A model generated the notes under the pieces. The model saw nothing but the letters and a program-made list of their open reading frames with translations, ran no database searches and had not been told where the DNA came from. A DNA stretch of 64,000 nucleotides from a virus. Lineage: Duplodnaviria > Heunggongvirae > Uroviricota > Caudoviricetes. The stretch lies in IMG/VR virus record IMGVR_UViG_3300027710_000009; one strand, given 5' to 3'. How positions within the stretch are numbered: position 1 is the stretch's first letter; the number at the start of each line of letters is the position of its first letter. Both the position numbers and the translations under genes were made by a program. Positions 38,225 through 47,055 of the stretch are shown one piece after another.

Positions 38225-39100
38225 ATGAGCACAGAACCAAACGCAACAGCCAGCGTAAACCCACTGAGTAAATTTTTCCGTACTCCGGCCATTTACTTTT
38301 CGCTGCCATCTGGTGGAAAATGGTGGCCAGAGGGCAGTTTGGACCTGCCCGAATCCAACGAAATTGCAGTTTACCCAATGACCAACAAAGACGAAATTTT
38401 AATTCGTACTCCAGATGCGCTGATCAACGGGCAGGGTGTGGTAGAAGTCATACAAAGTTGCATTCCCAACATCAAAGATGCATGGAAAATGCCAGCTACC
38501 GATGTGGATGCGGCTCTTATTGCCATGCGCATTGCCAGCTACGGACACAAAATGGATTTTTCCAATCAGTGCCCACACTGCAAAGAAGAGCATGATTATG
38601 CTCTAGATCTACGACACATGCTGGAAACTATCACTGCACCAGACTATGAAACCAAACATCTAGACCTAGAAGTGATAAAAATTCGATTTAGACCGCAAAA
38701 GTACTGGGAAGTAAATCACGCTAACAAAACAGCATTTGAAGTGCGCAAGCTACAGATGGCCTTGGAAAACTTGCCGGTTACCGAAGAAGACGAAGAAAAA
38801 ACTCGTGCAGTAACACAACAACTCAAACGTGTTAACGAAATCAATCACAACATCATGGCCAAAAGCACAGAGTACATTGAAATCATTGACTCTGGGGAGA
38901 GGGTTGAAAGTCCTGAGCAGATTGAAGAATTCTACGGACAGATTGGTAGAATAATGTTTGACAAGATTCAAGAAGAAATCACAAACATACAAAAAGAAGG
39001 TTCAGTTAAACCTGTGTCTGTCAACTGCTTGAGTTGCCAAAAGCCCATGGAAATAACCATACTGTTTGACTACGCTAATTTTTTCGTAGTCGGCTCTTGA
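38225..39100 (+). CDS. Baseplate hub assembly protein (T4 gp26-like)
   Basis: LPSGG, YPMTNKDE, D.DAALIAMRIASYG, and CPHC...CLSC zinc motifs. A GAGGA RBS favours ATG 38225. Confidence 0.8.
   Translation: MSTEPNATASVNPLSKFFRTPAIYFSLPSGGKWWPEGSLDLPESNEIAVYPMTNKDEILIRTPDALINGQGVVEVIQSCIPNIKDAWKMPATDVDAALIAMRIASYGHKMDFSNQCPHCKEEHDYALDLRHMLETITAPDYETKHLDLEVIKIRFRPQKYWEVNHANKTAFEVRKLQMALENLPVTEEDEEKTRAVTQQLKRVNEINHNIMAKSTEYIEIIDSGERVESPEQIEEFYGQIGRIMFDKIQEEITNIQKEGSVKPVSVNCLSCQKPMEITILFDYANFFVVGS
39079..39085 (+). other. Putative -1 programmed ribosomal frameshift site T TTT TTC
   Basis: In-frame X XXY YYZ heptamer 4 codons before the stop. The -1 frame opens exactly here (TAA at 39076-39078) and runs to 39315. 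Confidence 0.65.
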
Positions 39101-39315
39101 CTCTCGACGATGATGAAATTGGTCTACTCCTAGAAGAGTACGATCAGCAGTCAAGGGCCATACGAGAAGAGATGTTGCGATTTACCTGGTGGATGCGTGG
39201 AGGATTGAGTTATGATGATGCTTATTCATTAAGCTCAGACGAGAACGATATCATTCGCAAGATCATCAAAGAGAATATGGAAGCAACAAAAACTTCAGGT
39301 ATGCCATTCTTTTAA
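39079..39315 (+). CDS. gp51-like hub assembly domain, probably the frameshift extension of the gp26-like protein
   Basis: -1 frame reads FFRSRLLTLDDDEI...WWMRGGLSYDDAYSLS..E..II.K.IKEN. Only a TTG start, with no clear RBS. Confidence 0.7.
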   Translation, partial: FFRSRLLTLDDDEIGLLLEEYDQQSRAIREEMLRFTWWMRGGLSYDDAYSLSSDENDIIRKIIKENMEATKTSGMPFF

Positions 39316-39742
39316 GATCGCTTGCGCGATCTATTGATTTCGCTATCGCTCATCAATATTGTTTTTTTCTTTACGCTCAAGCGAATTAAGTTTCATCTAG
39401 ATTCTATGGTCACACTTTGCCCTGGCCGGGCAAAGGTTAGCTTCATCTGAGTTCTGATAGCCACATAGCGTTACAACATTACAGAGGCGGTTGTCCGGTA
39501 CCTCGAGTTGCGTCTTTATTACAACGGCGGGCTTGTACACATACGCTAACATACATACAAACCGTGTGCTATCGCTAGCACGTCTTTTTGCCTTTATTAT
39601 CTTCAAACAATCAAACCACAGCAATTTGCGATCTTCGTCCTGTAAAGGATAGTGATTGAGTACTCTGTACAGCGCAGAGAATTCCGTCCCTGTGATCCGA
39701 GATCCAGGTTTAGAGCACACGATGTTGGCCTGTGCTAGCCTT
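39315..39742 (-). ncRNA. Large structured non-coding element (~430 nt), unknown family
   Basis: At least 11 helices, a 5' pseudoknot, GNRA-type loops, and a 15-bp stem with six G-U pairs that forms only on the minus strand. Confidence 0.6.
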
Positions 39743-39751
39743 AACTGTTGA

Positions 39752-40267
39752 TTATTTGCAGAGTTGCTTGACAGCGTCTGCGTTTATTTCCCAAAACGTA
39801 TCATAGTCCATGATGAACCAATGACCGTGTTTGGCGGAGCCATAATTAAAATGCCGTGTAAAAGTAAGGGGAGTTGAGTTGGGCTGTGCTTGTACTGCTA
39901 CAAACATTCCTTTGCGATTGAACTTCATGAACAAAATGTTGAAATCGCCTTCGTCGGCTACATCCATGGTTTGTTCAATCCATTCGTCTAGTTGCTTACA
40001 TGAGCCTTGAAAGAGTTGATGAAATGGAAAGTCTTTGTAACTTTTGCACTCAGCGTTGAACTTCGGAAAACTCTGTCCAGGGATAATGTCCCCTTTGAAG
40101 CTTCGAATCTGTCCTTCGTGCAATACCTCTTTGCGTGAGGCATTTGACCCACCAATATAAGCGCCAGAGTGCGGAACGCGGATAAAGCGTTCTCCGTAGG
40201 TTACTGTAAGGTGATCTGCTACCCTACGTTCCCATGCGTTGCCTTTGGCTTTTTGTGGTGATGTCAT
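39752..40267 (-). CDS. Holliday junction resolvase (PD-(D/E)xK, Hjc-like)
   Basis: KAKGNAWERRVA, P.SGA, GDII and AECK motifs. Confidence 0.8.
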   Translation of the reverse strand: MTSPQKAKGNAWERRVADHLTVTYGERFIRVPHSGAYIGGSNASRKEVLHEGQIRSFKGDIIPGQSFPKFNAECKSYKDFPFHQLFQGSCKQLDEWIEQTMDVADEGDFNILFMKFNRKGMFVAVQAQPNSTPLTFTRHFNYGSAKHGHWFIMDYDTFWEINADAVKQLCK

Positions 40268-40319
40268 AATGCTAAGTTAGTTATGTTAAAATTGTGCCAT
40301 GATAAAATTTCATATTTTG

Positions 40320-41336
40320 CTACCATTCGGTAGCATATTCTTTGTTTACAACCTGTTTAGAACACTTGGTTTTGCACTCTTGCCAGCGGAAAGTTTGGAA
40401 TTCTGTAGTCCAAAAAACATCATCTAACACGTCTTTCAACGTGCGCTGAGTGAGGTCAAAGTAGCGACCTCGTTCCTGCCATTCTGCGTTATGTTCGTAT
40501 CTATTTGCCACCCAACAGCAAGGAAACAAGTGACCCTGCGAGTTTATATACACGCCCTTGTTGCCTACTGCACACAGTGGAATCACTGGTTTATCACGAT
40601 ATTCTGCTTGTGTTTTGTGCCACGCGGCAGTGTTTTCTGCATGCACACTCGCTGGCACACGATCGCGCAGTTGTTTAATAGTTCGCTCAAAACGTTGATT
40701 TTGAGCTATGTGTTCAGCTCGAGGTTGCAACACATCTGTTGGCCCGTATATTGGGTATACCTGTGCAAACTTGGTTGAACGTGTGATTTGTAAAAAATCA
40801 AATCCACGACTTGTGGCATGACGTTCAATTTTGTCCAAATGATCTTGATTGAATTCAAATGCTATAGCGGCCCAGGTCATTTGCACTGAACTGTGAGCTC
40901 TAAGCACATCAATACCTTCCATGATACTGTCCCAATCAGAATTAGCCCTGTACTGGTTGTTGCTGATGTTGTCGTAGCCATCAATGCTAAAGTGTACATG
41001 ATCACGATGTGTCAACACATGAGCTAGACCGCGCCACCAGTCGGTGCTTTTGTAACTGCCATTGGTAATAATGACAATTTCAACATCAGCCAGGCTTTTC
41101 AAATAAGCAATGATAGATATCAAGTCATGTGCATAGATAGGGTCACCGTCGTCACCGCAGAATGTAATTTTACGCACTTGCTGTTCGACAAACTGCTGTG
41201 TGAAGTTTCGTTTGAAAAACTCTAGATCTAATTCTGTATTCACAAGTCCGTTGGGAACTTCTTGCCTGGCACAACGTGGGCAATGTAACGTACACTTGCT
41301 GGACACTTCAATGTGCCAATGCCACGTGGCTAGCAT
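40320..41336 (-). CDS. Radical SAM protein with C-terminal SPASM/Twitch domain
   Basis: CTLHCPRC, ITNGS and FSIDG motifs, then PLC...YINSQGHLFPCCW...CKTKC. Confidence 0.9.
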   Translation of the reverse strand: MLATWHWHIEVSSKCTLHCPRCARQEVPNGLVNTELDLEFFKRNFTQQFVEQQVRKITFCGDDGDPIYAHDLISIIAYLKSLADVEIVIITNGSYKSTDWWRGLAHVLTHRDHVHFSIDGYDNISNNQYRANSDWDSIMEGIDVLRAHSSVQMTWAAIAFEFNQDHLDKIERHATSRGFDFLQITRSTKFAQVYPIYGPTDVLQPRAEHIAQNQRFERTIKQLRDRVPASVHAENTAAWHKTQAEYRDKPVIPLCAVGNKGVYINSQGHLFPCCWVANRYEHNAEWQERGRYFDLTQRTLKDVLDDVFWTTEFQTFRWQECKTKCSKQVVNKEYATEW

Positions 41337-42235
41337 AATGCGGTGTCCTCTTGAAACTGACTTTCAAATCTTGTTTGGTCATTTGTGGTTGCACAAAACT
41401 TGGTGCATACAGGGTGTGGATTGTCTTTCCAGCTAGCAATCAGTGTAACAGGATCTGCTACTAATTGCTTGAGTCTTTTGTCCATGCGAAAAACTTCACT
41501 GCCTATAAAACAACAAGGCAGTATCTCGCCTGTGGCGGCCATGTAGATACTTTGTTCGCGCATGGCATGACAGTCCACAGGACCATCTGCTGTTACCGGC
41601 ACAAAGTCCTTGGGTGGAGCAAGAAATTTAATTGGTCGCTCTTGAAAGCGTGAACTGACTTTGGTACGGAAACGCACAAAGCCCATCTTTCTAGCATGCT
41701 CTCTGCAGGTGTCAACATGATGTTGATTGTGTTGGAACACCAGCATGTCCCAGTGTGCTCTACCGCCAGCTGAAATAAATGTTTCTGCATTGAGCATGAT
41801 TCGATGCCACATCACACCTTGGCGATATATGTCATTGGTGCTGGCCATGCCGTCAATGCTGAATACACAGTAGTCTAGCTCACGGCTTAATAGCTTGCCC
41901 ATGTCTAACCAAAACAGTGTGTCACGTAGCGCACCATTGGTATTGAGTCCGATCACAATGTCAGGATTGACTTCACGGAACCACTGAAATATCTGCAGAC
42001 ATTCTCGCGCCGCACATGGATCACCAAAGTTACCACATGCAAATACCTTGCTTAGATTACGTACAAATTGTTCAGGAAATGTACGTTTAATAAGTGCAAG
42101 ACCAACATCGTGATCCGTAGTGTACCCTGACTCGGGATCCATTCTAGCACATTGAGGACAGCTGGCTTGACAGCGAGTGGTTAGCTCAAGATGCAGAACT
42201 TGGATGTCTTCAAACAATGTCGGTGTCTGTACCAT
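41330..42235 (-). CDS. Radical SAM protein with C-terminal SPASM/Twitch domain
   Basis: CQASCPQC, NTNG and FSIDG motifs, then C...YMAATGEILPCCF...CTKFC. Confidence 0.9.
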   Translation of the reverse strand: MVQTPTLFEDIQVLHLELTTRCQASCPQCARMDPESGYTTDHDVGLALIKRTFPEQFVRNLSKVFACGNFGDPCAARECLQIFQWFREVNPDIVIGLNTNGALRDTLFWLDMGKLLSRELDYCVFSIDGMASTNDIYRQGVMWHRIMLNAETFISAGGRAHWDMLVFQHNQHHVDTCREHARKMGFVRFRTKVSSRFQERPIKFLAPPKDFVPVTADGPVDCHAMREQSIYMAATGEILPCCFIGSEVFRMDKRLKQLVADPVTLIASWKDNPHPVCTKFCATTNDQTRFESQFQEDTALC

Positions 42236-43979
42236 AACTTGTGAATCCGTTTTCTTTTGTGACTGTTAGCACGTTGTTTACTCGACTGGTCAGTTCGTCT
42301 TTGTGTGATACCAACCAAACAGATTTATTACGATCACGTGACATCTTCTTGAGAATAGACAAGGCGGCTTCTACACCTGAACTGTCCATACCTGAGTCAA
42401 CCACTTCGTCAATAAACATCAAATTGATAGGCTGATACAAACTTTCCCACACATCACGGAACGCCCAGGACAATGACAGGATCAAACGATTGCGTTCGCC
42501 TCGGCTCAAGTTATCAAAGTCCAGCTCACGTCCTAGCTCTGTGATGTTCACTGTGAGATCGTTTTGGAATATCACAGTGTGCGGTAGTCCAATCTTGTCC
42601 AAGTAGTGACTCAGTCGTTGATTTAGATAAGTTAAATTTTGATCAATGATGCGTTTGCGCACATAACTGTCTTTGCTGGTCAAGAGCTTGAGCAAGAAGT
42701 CTTGATGATCACGCAAACTTACCAAGCGGTTCATTTCATCGTAATCAATTTCTTCTACTGCTTTGTTTTCCATTTCTGTAATTTGTTCAGCATAAGGATC
42801 TGCTTCGTCCTGTTTGGCTGTGATTTGACTCAATATATTGCCCAAGCTCGCACGATGTTCAAATGCATCTGCTTCTTTGTCGTAGAATGTTTCTGGAACT
42901 GGTCCAAGCTCGCCTAGTGCCTGTAGTGCATCAGTATGCTCCATCCACTGAGTATTTGTTGCCAGTGCTTGTAGTGCGGCTTCTTGCAGACTTTTACGTT
43001 TGTCAGCCAACACCTGCTCATGCTTTTCATCATGCATTTCCTGTCCACAAGCATAGCACTTGTGTTCTTCCAGTTGAGCAATTTCTGCTTTGAGCTTGGC
43101 AATGGTCTTGTTTTCTTTGGCTTCGTCAACTTCGCAACGTGCAATATATTTTTGTAAATCAGCACGATCCTTGACCAATTGAGTGTGCCGCACCAGATCT
43201 TGATGTGCTAGCAGTTCGGCTTCGATGTCAATCTTGCCCAGCTCGTCATAGGCTATTGCTAGCTTGTCAAGATCTTCTTGCTTTTTACGTAGCCACAAAG
43301 TTTGTCGTCGACGCAGATTTTCAATTTGATCTTCCATGCGTTTGTTGGCATCACGCACAGCATTGATACGATATTCTTCCTTGGTTATAGATTCTTTGCC
43401 AAGTTTGATTTGTTCTTTGAGATTTTCTGCTTTTTCACTCAGTTGTGTAACACCCAACAGTTGCTCAATCAACACACGCTGATCCGCGGCTCTTAGACTC
43501 AGGAAAGGTTCAGTGTAGGTGTTCAGTGCAACAATATGTTTGAACATTTCATGGCTCATGCCCAACAGTTGTTCAATTGCATGCTGTGTTTCGCGACTGT
43601 CACCTTGGCTTTCGTCTTTGACTTCTTGTTCTTGGTCGCCAATAAAAAACTTCATGATGTTGGGCTTGCGTCCACGTTCAACTCTATAGGTTTGTCCGTT
43701 GTTTTCAAACTCAAGATTGACTATCATGGCTTTGCCATTGGTCTTGTTAATCAAGTTTTCTTTGCGAATACGAGTAAGAGCTTCACCGTACATGGCATAA
43801 CTCAGGGCATTGATAATTGTAGTTTTGCCTGTGCCATTACGTGCGCCAGTATCATCTCCGCCTAGATCCAAGTTTTGTCCTAGTACCAAGGTCAAATCAT
43901 TTCTATTGAAATTCACAGCCTGAGTTACATTACCCACGCTCATGAAGTTTTTAACAGTTAGAGTTTTTATTTTGAGCAT
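42210..43979 (-). CDS. gp46: Recombination endonuclease ATPase subunit (T4 gp46 / Rad50-SbcC)
   Basis: Walker A NGTGKTT, coiled coil with a CYAC zinc hook, signature LSRGE, Walker B FIDEVVDSGMD, and H-loop VSH. Confidence 0.95.
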   Translation of the reverse strand: MLKIKTLTVKNFMSVGNVTQAVNFNRNDLTLVLGQNLDLGGDDTGARNGTGKTTIINALSYAMYGEALTRIRKENLINKTNGKAMIVNLEFENNGQTYRVERGRKPNIMKFFIGDQEQEVKDESQGDSRETQHAIEQLLGMSHEMFKHIVALNTYTEPFLSLRAADQRVLIEQLLGVTQLSEKAENLKEQIKLGKESITKEEYRINAVRDANKRMEDQIENLRRRQTLWLRKKQEDLDKLAIAYDELGKIDIEAELLAHQDLVRHTQLVKDRADLQKYIARCEVDEAKENKTIAKLKAEIAQLEEHKCYACGQEMHDEKHEQVLADKRKSLQEAALQALATNTQWMEHTDALQALGELGPVPETFYDKEADAFEHRASLGNILSQITAKQDEADPYAEQITEMENKAVEEIDYDEMNRLVSLRDHQDFLLKLLTSKDSYVRKRIIDQNLTYLNQRLSHYLDKIGLPHTVIFQNDLTVNITELGRELDFDNLSRGERNRLILSLSWAFRDVWESLYQPINLMFIDEVVDSGMDSSGVEAALSILKKMSRDRNKSVWLVSHKDELTSRVNNVLTVTKENGFTSYGTDTDIV

Positions 43980-44926
43980 TTTTGTGTACAGATTAAATTA
44001 GGTGATTGATTGAAACTTGCCGGATATCTTTTTTGCCACAGGTCACCATTGATTATGTCCTCTAATGTGCTAGTGTAGAGATTTATTTGGTCAAAGTCAA
44101 TAGCCAGCGTGTTCCTAAAATGATAGTTGACCACTTCATAGGTTAGTTTTTGTTGTGTGGCCTTGTGCCACCCCATGAGATAACAGCAGGGCCATACTGT
44201 GCCATCAGCATAGATAGATATCCATCCTTCGCGCTGACTTTCGCATGAAATTTTTCCAGTTGTGGGTTTTATGAAATCTTTTTCAACAAAAGTCACTGTG
44301 GCTGGCACAAGTTCTAGATTGGCAGGCTGTAGGTGTGCCTGCGACTGGTCTTTCAAGTTGAATCTATCTTGCCGCAGTACAAAAAACTTTTCAAAATTCA
44401 GTTGCTCACTCAACTGCTTACAAGACTCTATTTGATGTGCATTGTGTTCAAACAAAATAAACTGCCAATGTGCATGGCCACCACCTTGCACAAATGCCTG
44501 GGCATTGTCAATAATCTTTTGCCAATTGGTATTGGTTCTGTAGATTTCGTGTGTATCTTCAAGTCCGTCAATGCCAAATACCACACTGTGATTGTGTTTG
44601 CTCAATAGTTTGCCCAGTTGTTGCCACCAGCTGGTACTGCGCAAACTGCCATTGGTGTGTATGTTGATCTCAGCGGTGGTATTGCAAACAACCCACTCAA
44701 TGATATTGAAAATATCTGGGTGCATGATGTTGTCACCCGTGGTACCATTAAAATTGATTGTTTTGAGATTTTGCCATACATGCAACGGAACCTGTTTGAC
44801 AACGTGATGCCAGTCCAGCGTGTCATTGGTACGCATGCCCGGGTGTCGCAAACACTGGACACATCCTGCATTGCAGTTGTTTATGGTTTCAACGTCTAAC
44901 ACAACTATGTCGTTAACAGTCAGCAT
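43967..44926 (-). CDS. Radical SAM protein with C-terminal SPASM/Twitch domain
   Basis: CNAGCVQC, HTNGS and FGIDG motifs, then C...IYADGTVWPCCY...CTQKC. Confidence 0.9.
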   Translation of the reverse strand: MLTVNDIVVLDVETINNCNAGCVQCLRHPGMRTNDTLDWHHVVKQVPLHVWQNLKTINFNGTTGDNIMHPDIFNIIEWVVCNTTAEINIHTNGSLRSTSWWQQLGKLLSKHNHSVVFGIDGLEDTHEIYRTNTNWQKIIDNAQAFVQGGGHAHWQFILFEHNAHQIESCKQLSEQLNFEKFFVLRQDRFNLKDQSQAHLQPANLELVPATVTFVEKDFIKPTTGKISCESQREGWISIYADGTVWPCCYLMGWHKATQQKLTYEVVNYHFRNTLAIDFDQINLYTSTLEDIINGDLWQKRYPASFNQSPNLICTQKCSK

Positions 44927-46037
44927 TTAGTCGTTCAACCAGTTCTGGAAAAGACTCTGCAACACTGTTGCCACGACGGAGGTCTAGTTTTTGGCAATAG
45001 TCAAGTATGTCCTGCGCGGCACTGTAATGCGGCGTGTGCAGTTGTGTTTGTATTTGTTTGATTGAAGGATTATCAATGCCGTTGAGTCGACTGTGTATCC
45101 AGGCTCGAGTTTTTACCGGAGCTCGATGCATGTTAAGAATCAATGGATCCTGCAACTTGTTGTAGAACACTTCAAGATCATTTGTTTTGCAAAATTCTTC
45201 TACTTCTGCAAGATAACCCACATTGAATATACTGGTCGTGTGCAAGATCAGCAGTCTAACTTTTTGTAGCTTTTTATATTGTTGAATATTTTTAACCAAA
45301 GTATCCCAACTGGCCGGAAATCTTAAATATTCAAATCTACTACCAATGCCATCCATGCTGATGTTTATATCAACTCGTTTGAAGTGCTGCCAGTATTCCA
45401 ATTGCTCATCAGGCATGCGTGTACCATTGGTGGTGTACAACAAGGTAATGTGTTTGGAATGTCCAGATTCAACCAAGTACTTGAATAAATCAGCTTGTTC
45501 TTGTTCCAACATCATGAACGGTTCACCGCCAATAAATTCTATCATACCAATACCTGCGGCACGGTCTCTCAAACTCTGCCAGACTGGATCAGTTTTTTTC
45601 AGCATGATAGGACGACTGGCTGGATCACCAAACTTTTTGTTTTCGCTAATCCAGCCAGTACTTACATCATCATTACAGGTAACACAGCGAAGATTGCAGT
45701 GATTTCCCAATCTTACATAGTAACGAACAAACTCATCCTGTACAACATCCAATGCTGGCTTGTACTTGTAGTCAAACACTTGACTGTAGAGTTGATTGTC
45801 TCGCAATCGCTTACTGGAATATCCTTGTGATTCTTCCTCCCAGCAATGCACACAATCTTTGACAGGAACTCCGTCTAGTAATTGTTTTTTAAGCGTGGCA
45901 AGTTCAGTACTGTTGGCATATTCATTGATACTTGCAAATCCGTGGGACGAGGCGTAGACACAACAAGGGCTATAACCTTGCCCAAATTGATAGTTTATAG
46001 AAATCCATGGATTAACGCAAAAGGTTTTTTCATTCAT
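44913..46037 (-). CDS. Radical SAM protein with N-terminal Twitch-like cysteine domain
   Basis: FCVNPW...PCC...CVHC precedes CNLRCVTC. Also GGEPF, TTNGT and ISMDG. Confidence 0.9.
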   Translation of the reverse strand: MNEKTFCVNPWISINYQFGQGYSPCCVYASSHGFASINEYANSTELATLKKQLLDGVPVKDCVHCWEEESQGYSSKRLRDNQLYSQVFDYKYKPALDVVQDEFVRYYVRLGNHCNLRCVTCNDDVSTGWISENKKFGDPASRPIMLKKTDPVWQSLRDRAAGIGMIEFIGGEPFMMLEQEQADLFKYLVESGHSKHITLLYTTNGTRMPDEQLEYWQHFKRVDINISMDGIGSRFEYLRFPASWDTLVKNIQQYKKLQKVRLLILHTTSIFNVGYLAEVEEFCKTNDLEVFYNKLQDPLILNMHRAPVKTRAWIHSRLNGIDNPSIKQIQTQLHTPHYSAAQDILDYCQKLDLRRGNSVAESFPELVERLNADC

Positions 46038-47047
46038 AGATGTTTGTAGATATCCAGCAATAGATTTCTATCATAATGCTCACTGGATATTGCGTTTAAC
46101 TGATTTTGCACTATGGTATCAACGCTTTCAAATTTGATTTCACCTTGTGTTCCGTCCACCATTTCTACTTCTTTTTTAGGAATCAAACTGAGTTCTCTCA
46201 ACTGATACGTTTCAATGAAAGTTTCTTTGATAAAGTTTGCTTCTTCGTAGCTGAGATCAATGTCAATGTTCACTCGAGCATGCATTCGAGGTTTGAATAC
46301 CTTTTCTGCATCAGTGACCACACTGCTCAAACTCAGCACACGATAGGTAGGCTGATCTGGCCATGCGTGATACTCCGGCTCTTTGTCCCATTCCAGGATC
46401 ATCATGCCGCGATCTTCGTCACCGTCATCTGCATAGTTGTGCGGAAAACAGTTGCCAATGTATGTGATGTTGTTGGCAGTTTGGCGCTTGTGGAAATGTC
46501 CAGTGAATACTTTTTCAAAGCCCACAAAGTCTTCTCTACGAGCTTCGCCCACATCGGGCATTTGAATCATGGCGTTCATAAAGTAGCCTGGTAATTCAAA
46601 GTGTCCAAAGCAGTACTTGCCTTTTTTCTTCAGAAGCTTTTTGTGATCATCACCCACTAGCCACGGAGCAATGGTCACATCTCCTTGGCTGAACCAGTCA
46701 TTGCAAATGTGAATGTTAGGAAGATGTCGAGCCCATTCTACACTCTGCACATCACGTTTGTCTCTGTAGTACAAGTCATGATTGCCAGGGATAAAATACA
46801 CAGCATCAAAATTGTCATTCATATGCTCCAGTGCTTTGAGACTGTAGTTCAAAGTCAGAATGTTCAACGCAGATCTGTTGTTGTGCCAGTCGCCAAGAAA
46901 CAAGCAGGTTTCACAACCTTCTTCTTTGGCTTTGGCGGTGGCCCATTTGACAAACGCCAAACAGTCTTCGTTGTGCGTGATACTGTTGGATTTCAATCCA
47001 AAATGGATATCAGTCCATACTGCGGCTTTTTTGAATAGATTAGGCAT
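46034..47047 (-). CDS. gp47: Recombination endonuclease nuclease subunit (T4 gp47 / Mre11-SbcD)
   Basis: Metallophosphoesterase motifs DIHFG, LGDW, GNHD, GHFE and GHFH. Confidence 0.95.
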   Translation of the reverse strand: MPNLFKKAAVWTDIHFGLKSNSITHNEDCLAFVKWATAKAKEEGCETCLFLGDWHNNRSALNILTLNYSLKALEHMNDNFDAVYFIPGNHDLYYRDKRDVQSVEWARHLPNIHICNDWFSQGDVTIAPWLVGDDHKKLLKKKGKYCFGHFELPGYFMNAMIQMPDVGEARREDFVGFEKVFTGHFHKRQTANNITYIGNCFPHNYADDGDEDRGMMILEWDKEPEYHAWPDQPTYRVLSLSSVVTDAEKVFKPRMHARVNIDIDLSYEEANFIKETFIETYQLRELSLIPKKEVEMVDGTQGEIKFESVDTIVQNQLNAISSEHYDRNLLLDIYKHL

Positions 47048-47055
47048 AGTAACTT

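Noticed and set aside
39338-39356. Hammerhead-like core UUGAUGA-GC-GAUA-GC-GAAA
   Set aside because: It has U instead of the conserved C3, stem II is only 2 bp, the flanks pair with each other, and I found no stem I/III with an NUH cleavage site.
39397-39720. 107-aa minus-strand ORF
   Set aside because: GTG start without an RBS, no recognisable motif, and it overlies dense helices better explained as a structured non-coding element.
39315-39742. Group I/II intron, tmRNA or RNase P identity for the structured element
   Set aside because: It does not interrupt a gene and lacks recognisable P7, domain V, tRNA-like ends or the GAGGAAAGUCC motif.
28970-47047. Inteins or introns in MCP, portal, gp46 or gp47
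   Set aside because: The proteins are continuous and of ordinary length, without splice-junction or homing-endonuclease motifs.
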